The position numbers and the translations under genes were made by a program. A stretch of DNA of 63,572 nucleotides, the filler included, from Olpidium bornovanus S191 (taxonomy: Eukaryota > Fungi > Olpidiomycota): the NCBI GenBank assembly GCA_017911155.1. It is 33 parts of 33 records of this genome, joined end to end, with 100 filler letters (N's around TTAATTAATTAA, not from the genome) between each part and the next. Parts side by side here need not be neighbours in the genome. Positions count along the whole stretch, not along the records: positions 34,517 to 36,650 come from JAEFCI010001788.1; positions 36,751 to 38,143 come from JAEFCI010000289.1; positions 38,244 to 40,438 come from JAEFCI010006121.1; positions 40,539 to 41,941 come from JAEFCI010000337.1; positions 42,042 to 43,307 come from JAEFCI010005361.1; positions 43,408 to 44,452 come from JAEFCI010007672.1; positions 44,553 to 45,909 come from JAEFCI010005479.1; positions 46,010 to 47,100 come from JAEFCI010010893.1; 25 more parts are not named here. One strand, written 5' to 3'. Of this stretch, positions 34,760-46,653 are shown one piece after another. The notes below the pieces were generated by a model. That model was not told the origin of the DNA. It saw nothing but the letters and a program-made list of their open reading frames with translations, and ran no database searches. Numbering within the stretch: position 1 is the first letter of the stretch; each line of letters starts with the position of its first letter.

Positions 34760-36203
34760 CATTGCATATACATATATATGCACAACCGAGCGCGCGTACG
34801 GTCCGACGAACTCACAAGTCGCTGGACGGTCGTCTCTGTCGCCAGAACTTTGACCGCTTCGTAAACCGGGACGTTCATGGCGTTGATTCTGGCCTGCAGG
34901 TTTTGGCAAACAAAAAAAAAAAAAAAAAAAAAAAACGGCACGTCAAGATGCGCCCGGTACCGCACGGTAGGCAGTTTCCTTTTGCCGCCATTTTTGCCCG
35001 GCGCGGGGCAACAACAGCCCGAACAAACAAACAAAACCCAACTTTACCAAGACGAGCGCGATTTTCGTGGCCAGGCTAAAATGAACCACGGTGATGGCGA
35101 GGATGACTGAGACAGAGTCAGAGAAAACAAGAGTAAGAGAAAATGAGAGAATAAGAAAAGGGGAGAGAGAGAGATAGAGAAAACGTAAATCGAAATGCTC
35201 GGAAGGTGGTGCAGAAAGCGGGGGGAACGGGAGTACTTTACCCGGGCCTACTTCGGTGCATTTGGGCGATTTTGACGGGTTACGCACTTTGGCCGACCTT
35301 CACGGTCTTTTCAAACGGTTCGATGTCTTCCGAAATTCTTTTCATCACCGCGTCAACGTTTTTGGTTTCCATGTAATCCCCGTATTGGTCAAAAGTCAGT
35401 TGAAAGAAACGAATGGTGATGATTGTGTAACTGCGGGTTTTATTTTATTTGATTTTATTCATTTTTTTTTTTTTTTTTTTTTTTTGCAAAATAAACCAGA
35501 AAAGAGGAATTCAGCAAGAGGGGGGTTTTTTTAAAAACAAACCGTTTCGGGCTGAAAAACAAAATAAAAGCAAGTGGGGGAGGGGGGGGGGCACGAAACT
35601 TTACCACAGGGTACCGATCGCCGCCACGATGGTGGTGGCCCAAAGCTTAATTACTGTTGACCGGTTGACCGGCGCGGCGTCCAGGACGATCTTCACGCCG
35701 ACATAGAAATATGCCCACCTGGCCAACAATAAGCACGTGAGGCAGATGGCGGAACTGGCGAATTCGCAGGGCCCCCGGAAGAAGTCGGTGACCACCTCTT
35801 TCGAGGTGCTGGCGTCCACTATCCCCGCCGCGATGACGGCCAGATGGAAGACGGACGCCACGACCAGCCCCTGGTAGATCCTGGATCTTCGTTCCTCTCT
35901 CGCGCTAAGAAGGGTTGTTCCGCACTCCAGGGCCTCGTAGATGCACCAGCCGAACACGACGTAGCTCAAGTCCCGCACCGGGCTTATCAGCTTGGGGAAA
36001 GCCCACTGGGCAAATAAATTTTTTTTTTTTTTTGGATTTTCGGATTCTCAGCGCACGCCGACGGGAGTGAAAGGCTCCCCCGCGCCTGCATGGAATTTCC
36101 AAAATCGGGCCCGCGGTGGATCAGGAGGAGAACTAACTGGATCATAGCCGAGCTCGGGATTGATCTTGTTCTGGTTAATTACGTCCGTTACGTTGTTGGC
36201 CAT
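34760..36203 (-). CDS. Multi-pass membrane protein, possibly GPCR-like; 3' exons uncertain
   Basis: MANNVTD... start (N-glycosylation sequon), spliced to WAFPKLISPVRDLSYVVFGWCIYEALE...IYQGLVVASVFHLAVIAAGIVD...ASSAICLTCLLLARWAYFYVGVKI...VIKLWATTIVAAIGTLW (four or more hydrophobic helices). Confidence 0.5.
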
Positions 36204-36950
36204 GTGTGCTGCTTCCTCTCTCTCAATCTATCTCTCTCTTTCTCTCTCTTTCTTTTTCTATATCTCCGTCTCCCCGGCGCAGGAAAACGACCACCCAGGC
36301 AGATATTTTACGAGGCGGACGTCGCTTTCTCGTTTCGGTGGTTCATCCGCGTCCCCGCATTTTCTTTCTCTCGCGCGCGCGCTCTCTCTCTCTCTCGACT
36401 ACCTCTTCTCCCGCCCGGATTCTCCGGCTGAAAATTCCAGCTTGCCGCACGTTTTGCTCGTGCAATCACGCGACCGCTGGGAAAAAAAAATTGTCGGCCC
36501 CCCCCCCACCCCGCATTGTCCCCCGGTTTCCATGGGCCGATCGAAACCAACAGACACCCTCAACTCTGCGAGCAGGATCAAACCGCACGCAGGCCGGTTC
36601 CCATAACCGACCGTCGAACGAAGCCGATTGTGAGGACGGCTCGACGGAAGNNNNNNNNNNNNNNNNNNNNNNNNNNNNNNNNNNNNNNNNNNNNTTAATT
36701 AATTAANNNNNNNNNNNNNNNNNNNNNNNNNNNNNNNNNNNNNNNNNNNNCCTGGAGGGAAATCGCTCTACAGCGTGTAAGTGAAACGGGTCGTTCACAA
36801 ATAAAAAAATTCATCGGTAACCCACCTCGTAAGTATCCTCGGTATATAGCTGAAGCATATTGATCCCCATGAGTGCGCAGCAACGTAAAAGGTAGTATAC
36901 GGTGTCCGGTAGCATGACAGCGCCACGACTGCAGTCTATCATGAGGCTGG

Positions 36951-37956
36951 TTGAAATATATGAGAAGTCTTGGCCACAATTACGCATCTAGGAAAAAAAC
37001 CCCCGGCGTACCGGACAAGCCGTACCCGAGAGTTTCAAATTGCGCTTCCTCTGAAACAGCAAGAAATTCCTTCATATCGGACGAGGAGTGCACCGAGCAT
37101 AACGCGGCCAGCATGATGCCGAAACCGCGGAAAGCTGACGATGGTACACAATAAAGGAACCGACCATCAGTCAGGTACATTGGCATACACGGGTTTGGAA
37201 GTTTCTCGGTTACGCTACTTTACCTTCGATTTTCCGGCGATAGTTGACGCGGACCTGAAACTTCTCGCCGGGGGACACTCTGAGGTAGTCGGGATGACTC
37301 GGAACGACGGAAAGCTGGCCCGGGTTGAGCTCTGGATCGTGGCAGAATCTAAAAAAAAGGGTAGGTCGGCCGCAGGTGAAGACACGCGAGTCAAAGACAA
37401 AGCCGTAAAGCGAGTCGCCATTTAGTATAAGGACTGCCGCAGCGAATGCGACAACCTCGTCCAGGTTTGCCGGCCAACATTTGTAGATAGCGCCAACCGC
37501 ATTCTTTTGCGTAATTGCCAGCCGGGGGAACGTGTTGAAGAGACAGCTCACGGCGATTCTCCGCGCGGGACGCGGCACTCACGTGAGGTGCCACCGGAAC
37601 GAGCCGTCTGCCTCGTCGGACTCCATGTCGTCCGCGGCGACGACATTTTTGTGCGGCGAGTGCCGGACGATCTCGGCCAGCCCCTCGTGCAGGTCGGCCG
37701 GGACGTCGTCCGAGGACGTGTCCACAACGAGCAGAACGCTGCGGGCCGGCACGGCGCGCCGCGCGGTCGGCGGCGCCTGCGGCGCGAAGTACTGCTCCTC
37801 CTGGACAAAATCGTCCGCCGCCGCGCCGGCTTGCCGCGGCGCCGGCGGCAAGGTCGCCGCGGGCCGCTCGGGGCGCACGCCGACCTGCTGGTCGCCCCCG
37901 CCCGGCGGCTGGTCGGCGTCGTGCGGCGCGGTGGTCAGCGCGAGCAGCTCGGTCAT
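36951..37956 (-). CDS. Hypothetical multi-exon protein, N-terminal part
   Basis: Coding-like first exon MTELLALTT...RSVLLVVDTSSDD...GSFRWHL ends at a GTGAGT donor. Downstream exon-like segments could not be joined with confidence. Confidence 0.45.
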
Positions 37957-38949
37957 GTTCGTTGGCACGCTAAGGTCTCTTTTTTTCCGGCGCTGTACGT
38001 TTCGGGCGGGCGCTGTACGTTGCGGGCGGGGGGAAGATGTTTGCGGGGGGAAGAGGAGGAAGAGATGGAGGAGAAGAAGCTCTCTCTCTCTTCTCTCTCG
38101 TCTCGGGCAAAAAAAAAAGGAGAGAAAAGGAAAAAAGGAAAAANNNNNNNNNNNNNNNNNNNNNNNNNNNNNNNNNNNNNNNNNNNNTTAATTAATTAAN
38201 NNNNNNNNNNNNNNNNNNNNNNNNNNNNNNNNNNNNNNNNNNNACATGCATAGGTTATCGCTTCCCCCTGCCCATTTGGCTTTGCGTCCGTCGAAGCATA
38301 CTGGCACTTGTACGTCATCCCCAAGTACAAGAAAATCGAGGCGTTCCGCGAGAATACGAATCAAGAAGGGAAATGCGGAGGGGACATACAAAATAGCTGC
38401 ACCTCTCCTCGCACTTCTCCCTTTTTCCTTTGCTTTTTTTTCTTCTTTTTTTCTTTTCTTCTTGCGCACCAAAAACCTGTTCTCCCGGCGCCCAAAGGTT
38501 GGGGCCGGGGGAGGGGGCGGTTGTCGGAGGGGAATTTCATTCACCCCGGCGGCCGGGTCACGTGGCCCGGCCTTTGCGAAGTTAGGCCCCCCCCACTGCA
38601 CACTTGCAAATAGCTGCCGTTCCTCGTCCAAGCTTTGCACAAAACGCGCTGAATAATAAACAAAGCGGAAGGAACCCACCCGCCTTCGGCTGCCTTGCGA
38701 TCGCGGCGCCTACGAACGGCGTCGGCGCGCTCCTTGGGACGAGGCGGAGGTGTCGACGGAGGGAAAGTAGGGAACTGAGCAAGGGGAAGCGTTTTTGCGT
38801 CGCTCTTCGAAGGGTCTATTGAAGGAGTTGGTCAAGGCACGAACGCGGGAGGGCGCCGCGAGTCGTTCAGAGGAAGAAGGTACGCCCCGTGCACCGCCGA
38901 CGCTCCCCTCCCTTCGCAGCAAGGGCCCTAGCCATCCCGCCACCCTGCC

Positions 38950-39190
38950 AACCCTCGAGGGAGGGTTTATATTCCTCGACAACGGACCGCGCCGTTCTTG
39001 CCCACATAGGTTGCTTTCAATGGCACGCAGGTCGGGACACGTGGTGTTGTACATGGCCTTGGCGTCTTCGTTGACACCCTCACGGGCGAGGCGGCGGACG
39101 GCTGCCACCTGTCGTCCCTTCAGTGCGATGGCGTCTTGAAGCTCGCGGATAGCGTGTTGCTGGTCCTTGACAAAGTTGAAGTTGTCCTAC
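38950..39190 (-). CDS. Coiled-coil protein exon (unidentified)
   Basis: After a TAG acceptor: DNFNFVKDQQHAIRELQDAIALKGRQVAAVRRLAREGVNEDAKAMYNTTCPDLRAIESNL. Confidence 0.35.
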
Positions 39191-39704
39191 AGCTCCGGAA
39201 GGCCTGCCAGAGCGCTCCGGTCGCCAGACGCAGGCGGGGACGGCATGGACGTGTGTTCGTCGTGGGCGGCACGGCGCAGGAGCGGTTTGGGCTCGGGAGG
39301 AGGGCTAGGGCTGGCCGGGTCAGCGAAGCTCCCTGAGAGGCGCCGTGAGTCGATGGAGCCGGAGCTGGTTGCTAGCCGGAAGAACTCCAGCTTTGAGGGT
39401 TTGCTGCGCGCATGTCACCCGGAGACGGGTCGGGCGGAGCTCCAGTAGACGCCCGGAGACGTCGTCAAACGTCGTCGAGCGTGAAGCAGGCTCGCCAAGG
39501 GGTTCGAACGCTGTCCGGCAGGACACTGGGGATGATTCTTGGGATGGGATGGGTACGTGGTGACACCGGCGGTGCCGTCGTCGTCGTTAGTGTTCAAAGG
39601 GGAAAGAATGAGAAGAAACCCCTGTAGTCCCTTTGACACTGAATTTATTTGAAAATATGTGGCTAGAATAGGTACAAATATCGCCGCACACGGGAAACAA
39701 TGCT

Positions 39705-40438
39705 GTGTACGCCAAGTCGCCGATGCCGATGGCGGTTGACAACAGCAGAGCCACGGATATTCCTGGCAACAGCACCATTGGCCGCAACCTAGCCGCTTCC
39801 ATTCACGCACCCCATCACCGCGATACCCAAATGCACGACGCCGTGCATGATGAATCATCTGATGAGGTCCTTGACGACGAGGCCCTCGCTGTCCGAGCAC
39901 GCGCATTGGTCCAGGAGCAGAAGAAGAAGGATGCTGAACGCCTGGCATACTTCGAGCGCCGCCACGCGCAACTGGCAGCTGAAGAAGCAGCGGTGGCCGA
40001 AGAACTCAAGGCTGCCAGAGAGAAGCTGCTCCGCAATCAGTAGCGGGATTCTGCGCGAGCGAAAGATCAAGGAGATCATCAATGCCATGCTCCGTGAGGA
40101 CCGTGAAGCCGAGGATTTGGCTGCCGCCCGGGCAGATCGCCTGCAGCACAAGTGCCTCGAGCGTTAATGCCAAGCAAAAGAAGCGCGCAAAAAGATTCTG
40201 CAACTAGCCGCCATAACGGCTGACGAGCACGCGCACGTCAAGGAGCGCATCATCGCTGATGGCGAATCCATCGGATTTCACTCTTGGCCCTCTTTTCGAA
40301 CATTTGGTTCACGCGCACCGATGAATTCAACCCGCGTTGTGATACAGAACTGTTTTCCTGTAGCCAACGCCACTGCCGCCAAGCAGCCTGTCGTGCCACG
40401 CTTTGCAGAATCTTACAAGGGTGAGTTTAAACATCATG
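39705..40438 (+). pseudogene. Interrupted coiled-coil ORF, possible degenerate transposon gag-like gene
   Basis: A 112-aa ORF ends in TAG at 40043. A similar helical reading continues in another frame through another stop (40166). No introns are apparent. Confidence 0.3.
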
Positions 40439-41744
40439 NNNNNNNNNNNNNNNNNNNNNNNNNNNNNNNNNNNNNNNNNNNNTTAATTAATTAANNNNNN
40501 NNNNNNNNNNNNNNNNNNNNNNNNNNNNNNNNNNNNNNGGGGGGAAGGGTGAGCTGTGCGGGACACGGCACCAGAGACCCACGGCAAGGTAACGCAAAGC
40601 GTAAGGAAGAGGGAAGAACGAAGGAAGGGAGGAAGGGGGGACGGAAGGATTATTGAGAACTGGCAGATTCGGAGTTCGTTCGTGATCCCCCACGGGTGGC
40701 GGTGCGTGTATACCCGCATCTTCGCTTCAAAAAGTGTGGACAAGACGGGGTAAGTCCGTTGCGGCAAACCAAAGAGGGGGGGGGAGAGGAAAGAGGGGGG
40801 AGAGAGAGAGGCTGTGTGAGCGCCCCCCCGCCCCCCTCCCCCGAAATCGGAGCATCTCCCATCGCGAGCGGAACGGGACACCGGCATTAAAAAGGAAACA
40901 AACCCGCCCCCGCCCCCGCACCAAGATGGCGGGCACCCCCGCAAAACAGCGCGTTATCTTATCCGTCCCGGGAAGGCCGCGCGCCCCGCAAACACGCCTT
41001 TGCCTCTTTTACGTGCGGACCGGACAGTTTTCGGAAATTCTGAGGCAAGGGAGAACGAGACATGCGGTGGGGGAACTCGAGGCGCCGCCCGCCAGTGGCC
41101 GGCGCCGTTTCGCGTGTGCGCGCGAAAGCGAGGGCGGGAGGGAAGTGGGGGGGGGGGGGGGGTTGGTTTGATCGGGGGTTTCGACGGGGCGTTTCGTGGC
41201 CGTCTCCACAATTGCACCGTCCCTGACCACCTTGGGGGGGGTGTCACTGGCCTCATCATCGCTGGACTCGGATTGCCGATGCCGCTGTTTTCACTGGGCC
41301 TTGGGTGTTCAACGCGCTGCCGCTGACATCTGCTGTCAATGCACGCCGCCAATGGGCCTCGAGTTCCAGCGTGTGCGTTTTCTCGTGTCAAGTGTGAATG
41401 CACACTGTCACCTACCTCGAGTGTCAATGCGCTGTCACTCACCAATGCCCTTGTCACCGGAAGCGCAAAGAGGAGCGATCGCCGCCACTTTGCCCCTTCG
41501 GCTTGGAAAACCCTCCCGGTCCCTACCCTGCAGGGCCGACATCTTCACCCTCTCTCCCCCCCGCCCCCACCCTATTGGCGGTCGACCTCGGTTTCCGGCG
41601 ACACGGCGTTTCTTCGTCGCTGCTTCAGAGCGCGCTTCTTCCGCGCCGCGAGACCCCCCCCCCCTTCCCCACGCCCCGGCCAACGTGGTGCCGCGCGTCT
41701 GGTCTCGCGCCGGGCCAACACCGCTGCGGGCCGACGGCGAAAGT

Positions 41745-41855
41745 ATGGCTTCGCTGAACGAGATCGCCCCGAGGGCGTTCGACGAGGCCGTCAAAACCGG
41801 GGACATCGTCTTCACGGCGTCGGAAGTGCAGTACGTCCGAGAGGGCCCTCTCGAG
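41745..41855 (+). CDS. First exon of a probable Ap4A phosphorylase / ATP adenylyltransferase (APA1/APA2 family)
   Basis: MASLNEIAPRAFDEAVKTGDIVFTASEVQYVREGPLE followed by a GTAAGG donor resembles the APA N-terminal pattern (F..A...G.l.F..S.v..+...g+.F). Confidence 0.5.
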
Positions 41856-41903
41856 GTAAGGTCCCCTGCAGGAGGAAGAGAGATGGACCGGGCCGTGGGC
41901 GGC

Positions 41904-41941
<38 letters not shown>

Positions 41942-43407
41942 NNNNNNNNNNNNNNNNNNNNNNNNNNNNNNNNNNNNNNNNNNNNTTAATTAATTAANNN
42001 NNNNNNNNNNNNNNNNNNNNNNNNNNNNNNNNNNNNNNNNNGCGCCATTTTATAACCCAGCGGGGAAAAGACGGAAGAAAAATTATCTGAATATAGTTGA
42101 AAAGATCCGAAGATAGTTGAAAATCTGAAGATCTGATAATCTGAAGATAGTTGAAAAGAAAAAAATGAAAGAAACGTTTTCCGGCTGATAAGTACGGGAG
42201 GGAGAGGTTGCGGGTTTTACTTTTTGTCACGTGCGTTTTTGCGCCGGTCCCGCTTCCCAACTCCCTCTTACCCCGTTCTTCTTCTTCTTATCTCCCGTAC
42301 GCCCGCTGCGGTCTGCCCGAGGCGGGCGGGGATGGCGGGCGTACGGCTCCAGCTTAGCCTTCCCCCCTGTGCGGGTTTGTTTTCGTTTCGGCACGGTCGC
42401 GATCAGGAACGCGCAGGAGATGGTTGCCACTGGGAGGCTGCTACCGAAAACTGCTCCTCTGCACAAGGAACGCGACGCTGTATGCCGCTTCCTTTACAGA
42501 GCTCATAGATCTCACCCCTCCCCTTACACGCCAAAGGCGCTATTCTGAACACCAAACAACTTCCACAACGGCGCGCACTTTCTGATGGCCCGCCCGCAAA
42601 ATGTAAGGCGAGCACCGGTACGAAAAATTTGAGAAGTCAGCCGGCAAGGACATTTTTATTCTAAATTTTGCAATTTCTTTATTTCATTTTTTTTCGTGTT
42701 TCAATTTCTCCGTTTTCCTTTTTTTTTCTTATTTTAGAATATGGTAACAACCAATCTAATTAATGTAATATTATTATGTTATATGATATTATATTATTAT
42801 CATTATTTTTTTTTGTTTTCTTTTTTTTTGTTGGTCACATTTCAACGCGGGCCACCAATATCAATCATGGGCGATTACCATTGATAAAGTCTAGATTTGC
42901 AGTCATTGTCTGGGCCAGCCCTTCACCATTTGTCACTGCTGTCAAAGCGGTCAAGGTTGTCAATGCAGCAGATGGCCTACATAACCAAAAATTATTACCA
43001 TTTGGCGTAATTACCGTTTGCAAACCAAACCTGTGTTCCATATTGGGATAGCCTGTGAGCTTGCTTTTTCTCAAATATAAGGCATGAGCCACACAAGATA
43101 CATCGGCTAAGGCCAACATTATCTGTAATACTAGTAGCAATTTTAATAATGCCAGACAACCACCAACCAAAAACGATAAATGTCAACATGATGCCTTTCA
43201 ATCGCGTATCAGTGATACCTACTTTTTCTTTTTTTGCCCCGCGGTATCAAGCTTATAAAGATTGCCGTGACCCCTGTATCCAACCTTAATAGAGACACCA
43301 AAGCCCANNNNNNNNNNNNNNNNNNNNNNNNNNNNNNNNNNNNNNNNNNNNTTAATTAATTAANNNNNNNNNNNNNNNNNNNNNNNNNNNNNNNNNNNNN
43401 NNNNNNN

Positions 43408-44404
43408 CATGTCAAACCCGAGCTGTTCCAGATCGACCCCTAGGGAAAGCAGACGCGTGCTTTCCACTTTCGCGTTCAGGGTGTCAACCAACCCCATCAT
43501 CCCGAACGGACCGATGCCAGCAGGCCGCGCCGCCGCGTTAAATTTTTCTTTCGGGAATTCCGCCGACTTCTGTGCCGACGCTTGGCCCTTTTCTCCCGCG
43601 TTTGGCACACGAGGCCCCGGGCGGGACGCCTTGGCAGCGTATGTCTTTGCGAGAGGGAATCAAAGAAAAAAAATTATACCGAGCTCAGTTGCCCGAGGCA
43701 AGGGGGCCGCCTCGCATACGTTACCATGTCATTCTCCGGCGCGTTCTTGCGTGTCGATGCTGCGCGGTGAGGCCCCAGGCCGTTCGTTAGCCGTTTCCCG
43801 GAACAATCGGAAACCAGCGGAGCACGCGGTGTTGATGGGGGGCGGGGAGGGGGGGGGGGGGAAAGGGTCAAGTTCCCTGCGGTGGTCCCGTCCGCGAACA
43901 CGTACACGACTCGCACAGGCTCTCCGCTGCGAAACCCGCAGGCGGCGGGAAGGGCTGCGGAGAAGTGGCGTGCTCCCTTTCGGAACTCCAGCTGTTTTCT
44001 CCGGCGGCGGTTTGGTCACTTGACGCGGACGACGGCGGGCGGGCGCCGTTTTCGACCGCGGAGCTGATCGGCGGGAACTCGGATATGTCGAAGGTCGAAG
44101 GCGAACCTGCCGGCGGCGGCGGCGGCGGCGGCGTCGGTGGCAACAACCGGGCTGCTTCGACTTCGCGACCCTGCGGGCCTTCGGGTTTGGAACCGGGGGA
44201 ACGGTGAGACAGCCGAGCCCTGGCTTGCCCGCCCGTCCGCCCTTGGACTGCCGTTGCTAGCGGCGCCGATCGGCCAACACTTGCTGTTCCCAGGGGTGCT
44301 GGGCGGCCGGCGCTTCCTGGCCGGCGTCGCCGCCGGCGTTGTCGCGATACTGGCGGCGACGACGTTAATTCGCGTCCCCTGCCCGAGCAAACAGAACCGC
44401 GCAA
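43408..44404 (-). CDS. NOT2: CCR4-NOT subunit NOT2/CNOT2, internal fragment
   Basis: FDISEFPPIS (the EDFPAL-like motif) and GPFGMMGLVDTL...LLSLGVDLEQLGFDM (compare FGMIGLL...LALGSDLTTLGLNL). Confidence 0.7.
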
Positions 44405-44410
44405 AGTCGT

Positions 44411-44452
<42 letters not shown>

Positions 44453-45038
44453 NNNNNNNNNNNNNNNNNNNNNNNNNNNNNNNNNNNNNNNNNNNNTTAA
44501 TTAATTAANNNNNNNNNNNNNNNNNNNNNNNNNNNNNNNNNNNNNNNNNNNNCATGCCGAAAAAGCAAGCGGCCTCCCTCCCTGTTGGTCCGAAGAGGCC
44601 GCTCGATCCCCGAACTGATCTCTTTGTGTCCTTGCACCCGAGCTGATGACGCGACAACACGGACAAATGCAAACAATAAGCAGAACAGTGCCGAGCTGTG
44701 CTGACTTGGCTAATTGACAGCAGGGAGACCCGACGACCGGGCAGGCCGGTTTCGTCATTGCCGATCAAAAAGAGCCCAGCGGGCGTGCCAGACGTCATCT
44801 GCGCGCTTCAATTTCCCATCGGAGTTTTTTCGGCTTTCTTCCCGCCCGTTGCCTGGCATTCGCCGGTCTTCCCTGTGCCCTCGCCGCCTGTTAGGAATTT
44901 TCTCCCAGCGCGTGATTTGCGCGCGGCTGCGGGGTTACCGAACGGTGGGGAATGGGAGAGGGTAAGGGAAGTTGCTTGTTGACCCATCGCCACTTTTCCC
45001 CACGCCCTTCCCCGGCTGAACGTTCGGCAAGGGGAAAA

Positions 45039-45909
45039 ATGCAATTCCGGCCGCTCGCGGCCCTTCTGGCCGCCGTCGCCGTGCGAATCTCGTGCGGCTT
45101 GGGCGCCGATGCGGGCGGTGCCGCAGCAAACCCGAAGCGCGTCGTGGGCTACCTCAGTTCCTGGGGCGGCCTGGCCGTTGGGGACATCCCCGGCCGCCAC
45201 CTCACGCACCTCATATACGCCTTTGCGAACATCCGAGACGGGAGCGTGGTTCCCGGCGATCCCTCGCTGGACGTGGAGACGTCGTTCGGGGACGCCGACT
45301 CGTGCGGCTGTTGCGCAAGAGGTCCAGTCCGGGCATTTTTTTTTTTGTTTTTTTTCTTCCTTCTTTTTGGGCCGGATGTCTAACGACACAGGAGAAAAGA
45401 AAAAAAAATGAACGGATCGTTTTTTTTCTCATTCGGCAAACCCCTCTACAGGAAATTACAACCAGTTGCGGCAGATAAAACGAACGTACCCTCATCTGAA
45501 GGTGCTGCTTTCGATCGGCGGGGCGTCGTGGTCAGGGACGTTCGCGGCGATATCTTCCGCGAACTCGTCGCGTGCCGCGTTCGCGTCCTCGGCCGTCAAG
45601 ATCGTGGAAGATTATGGGTTTGACGGAATAGGTAAAACGGGGGGTGGTCGGAGGCGGGGCCAATGTGGAGAGGAAAGAAGAACCCAAAGCTTCTTCCTAA
45701 ACAAGGAGAAAAGAGAGAAGAAAAGAAAAAGAAACAAGTTGGTTTTTTTTTTTTTGTTTTTGCAGACGTCGACTGGGAGTTTCCGGCGAGCCAGGCCGAG
45801 TCCGAATGGTTCACGCTCCTGCTGCGCGACGTCCGCGCCGCGCTCGACGCGGCGCCGAACGGGCGGCCGTACCTCCTCACGATGGCGGCCGGGGCAGACG
45901 AGGACCAGG
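45039..45909 (+). CDS. Secreted GH18 chitinase, N-terminal part
   Basis: Signal peptide, then KRVVGYLSSW...LTHLIYAFANI, GNYNQLRQIKRTYPHLKVLLSIGGASWS and a spliced, intact catalytic motif GFDGIDVDWEFP. Confidence 0.95.
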
Positions 45910-46009
45910 NNNNNNNNNNNNNNNNNNNNNNNNNNNNNNNNNNNNNNNNNNNNTTAATTAATTAANNNNNNNNNNNNNNNNNNNNNNNNNNNNNNNNNNN
46001 NNNNNNNNN

Positions 46010-46653
46010 CATGCATCCAGTCTCTGCCGCGAAAGCGGCCCAATTCGAAAATCGCGGGGTTAAAACGGTAAATCCGGTCCGGTCGGTCCCTTCCTTTATT
46101 TGCGGGCTTTGCTTGCGGCTTCTCTTGCATTTATTTTCCTGCACCGCTGATTAGCTTTCTCGCAGCTTCGTCCAAAGTTTGCGCCAGGCGTGCGAAACCG
46201 CAGGGGACGATACGCTGGGTTCGGAACAAATGTAAGGCGTTTCAACGACGTTCGTCGGAGCCTCCGGCCGTTTTCCTTTTTGGGATAATGACACAATTGA
46301 TTTCCGGCCGCTGTACGCAGACGTAGGATTGCCGCAGGTTCGTCCGGTCTCCTTTCCGTTTTTGCAATCCGCTGCACGACAGCCCGAACACCTAAAGTGC
46401 TCCCTCACCAGATTGTCTGCAACCAGGGACAGTTTCGGATATACTGGAGCAGTTCAACCAGCAGGGATTCCTGCTCAAACGGGGTAGGAAGAGTGGGAGC
46501 AAATCCGTGGCGGAATTTGCAGGACGTCAACGGATGTTTGCAATTTTTTTTCTTGTAACCGAGAGTTTTTATCTCTTTTCCGACGACGCTCCTTTATCCG
46601 GCATCACAGGCACAGGAAGATATCAGTTTGTGCCGGGAACAGCCTTTGATTGA
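46010..46653 (+). CDS. MCM8: MCM8 helicase C-terminal winged-helix region, last 5 exons
   Basis: Spliced sequence GLKRFVQSLRQACETAGDDTLGSEQIRRIAADCLQPGTVSDILEQFNQQGFLLKRGTGRYQFV matches the MCM8 end (AKRFISAL...HQLRQIA...FIGSLNDQGYLLKKGPKVYQL). All four introns are phase-consistent. Confidence 0.72.
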
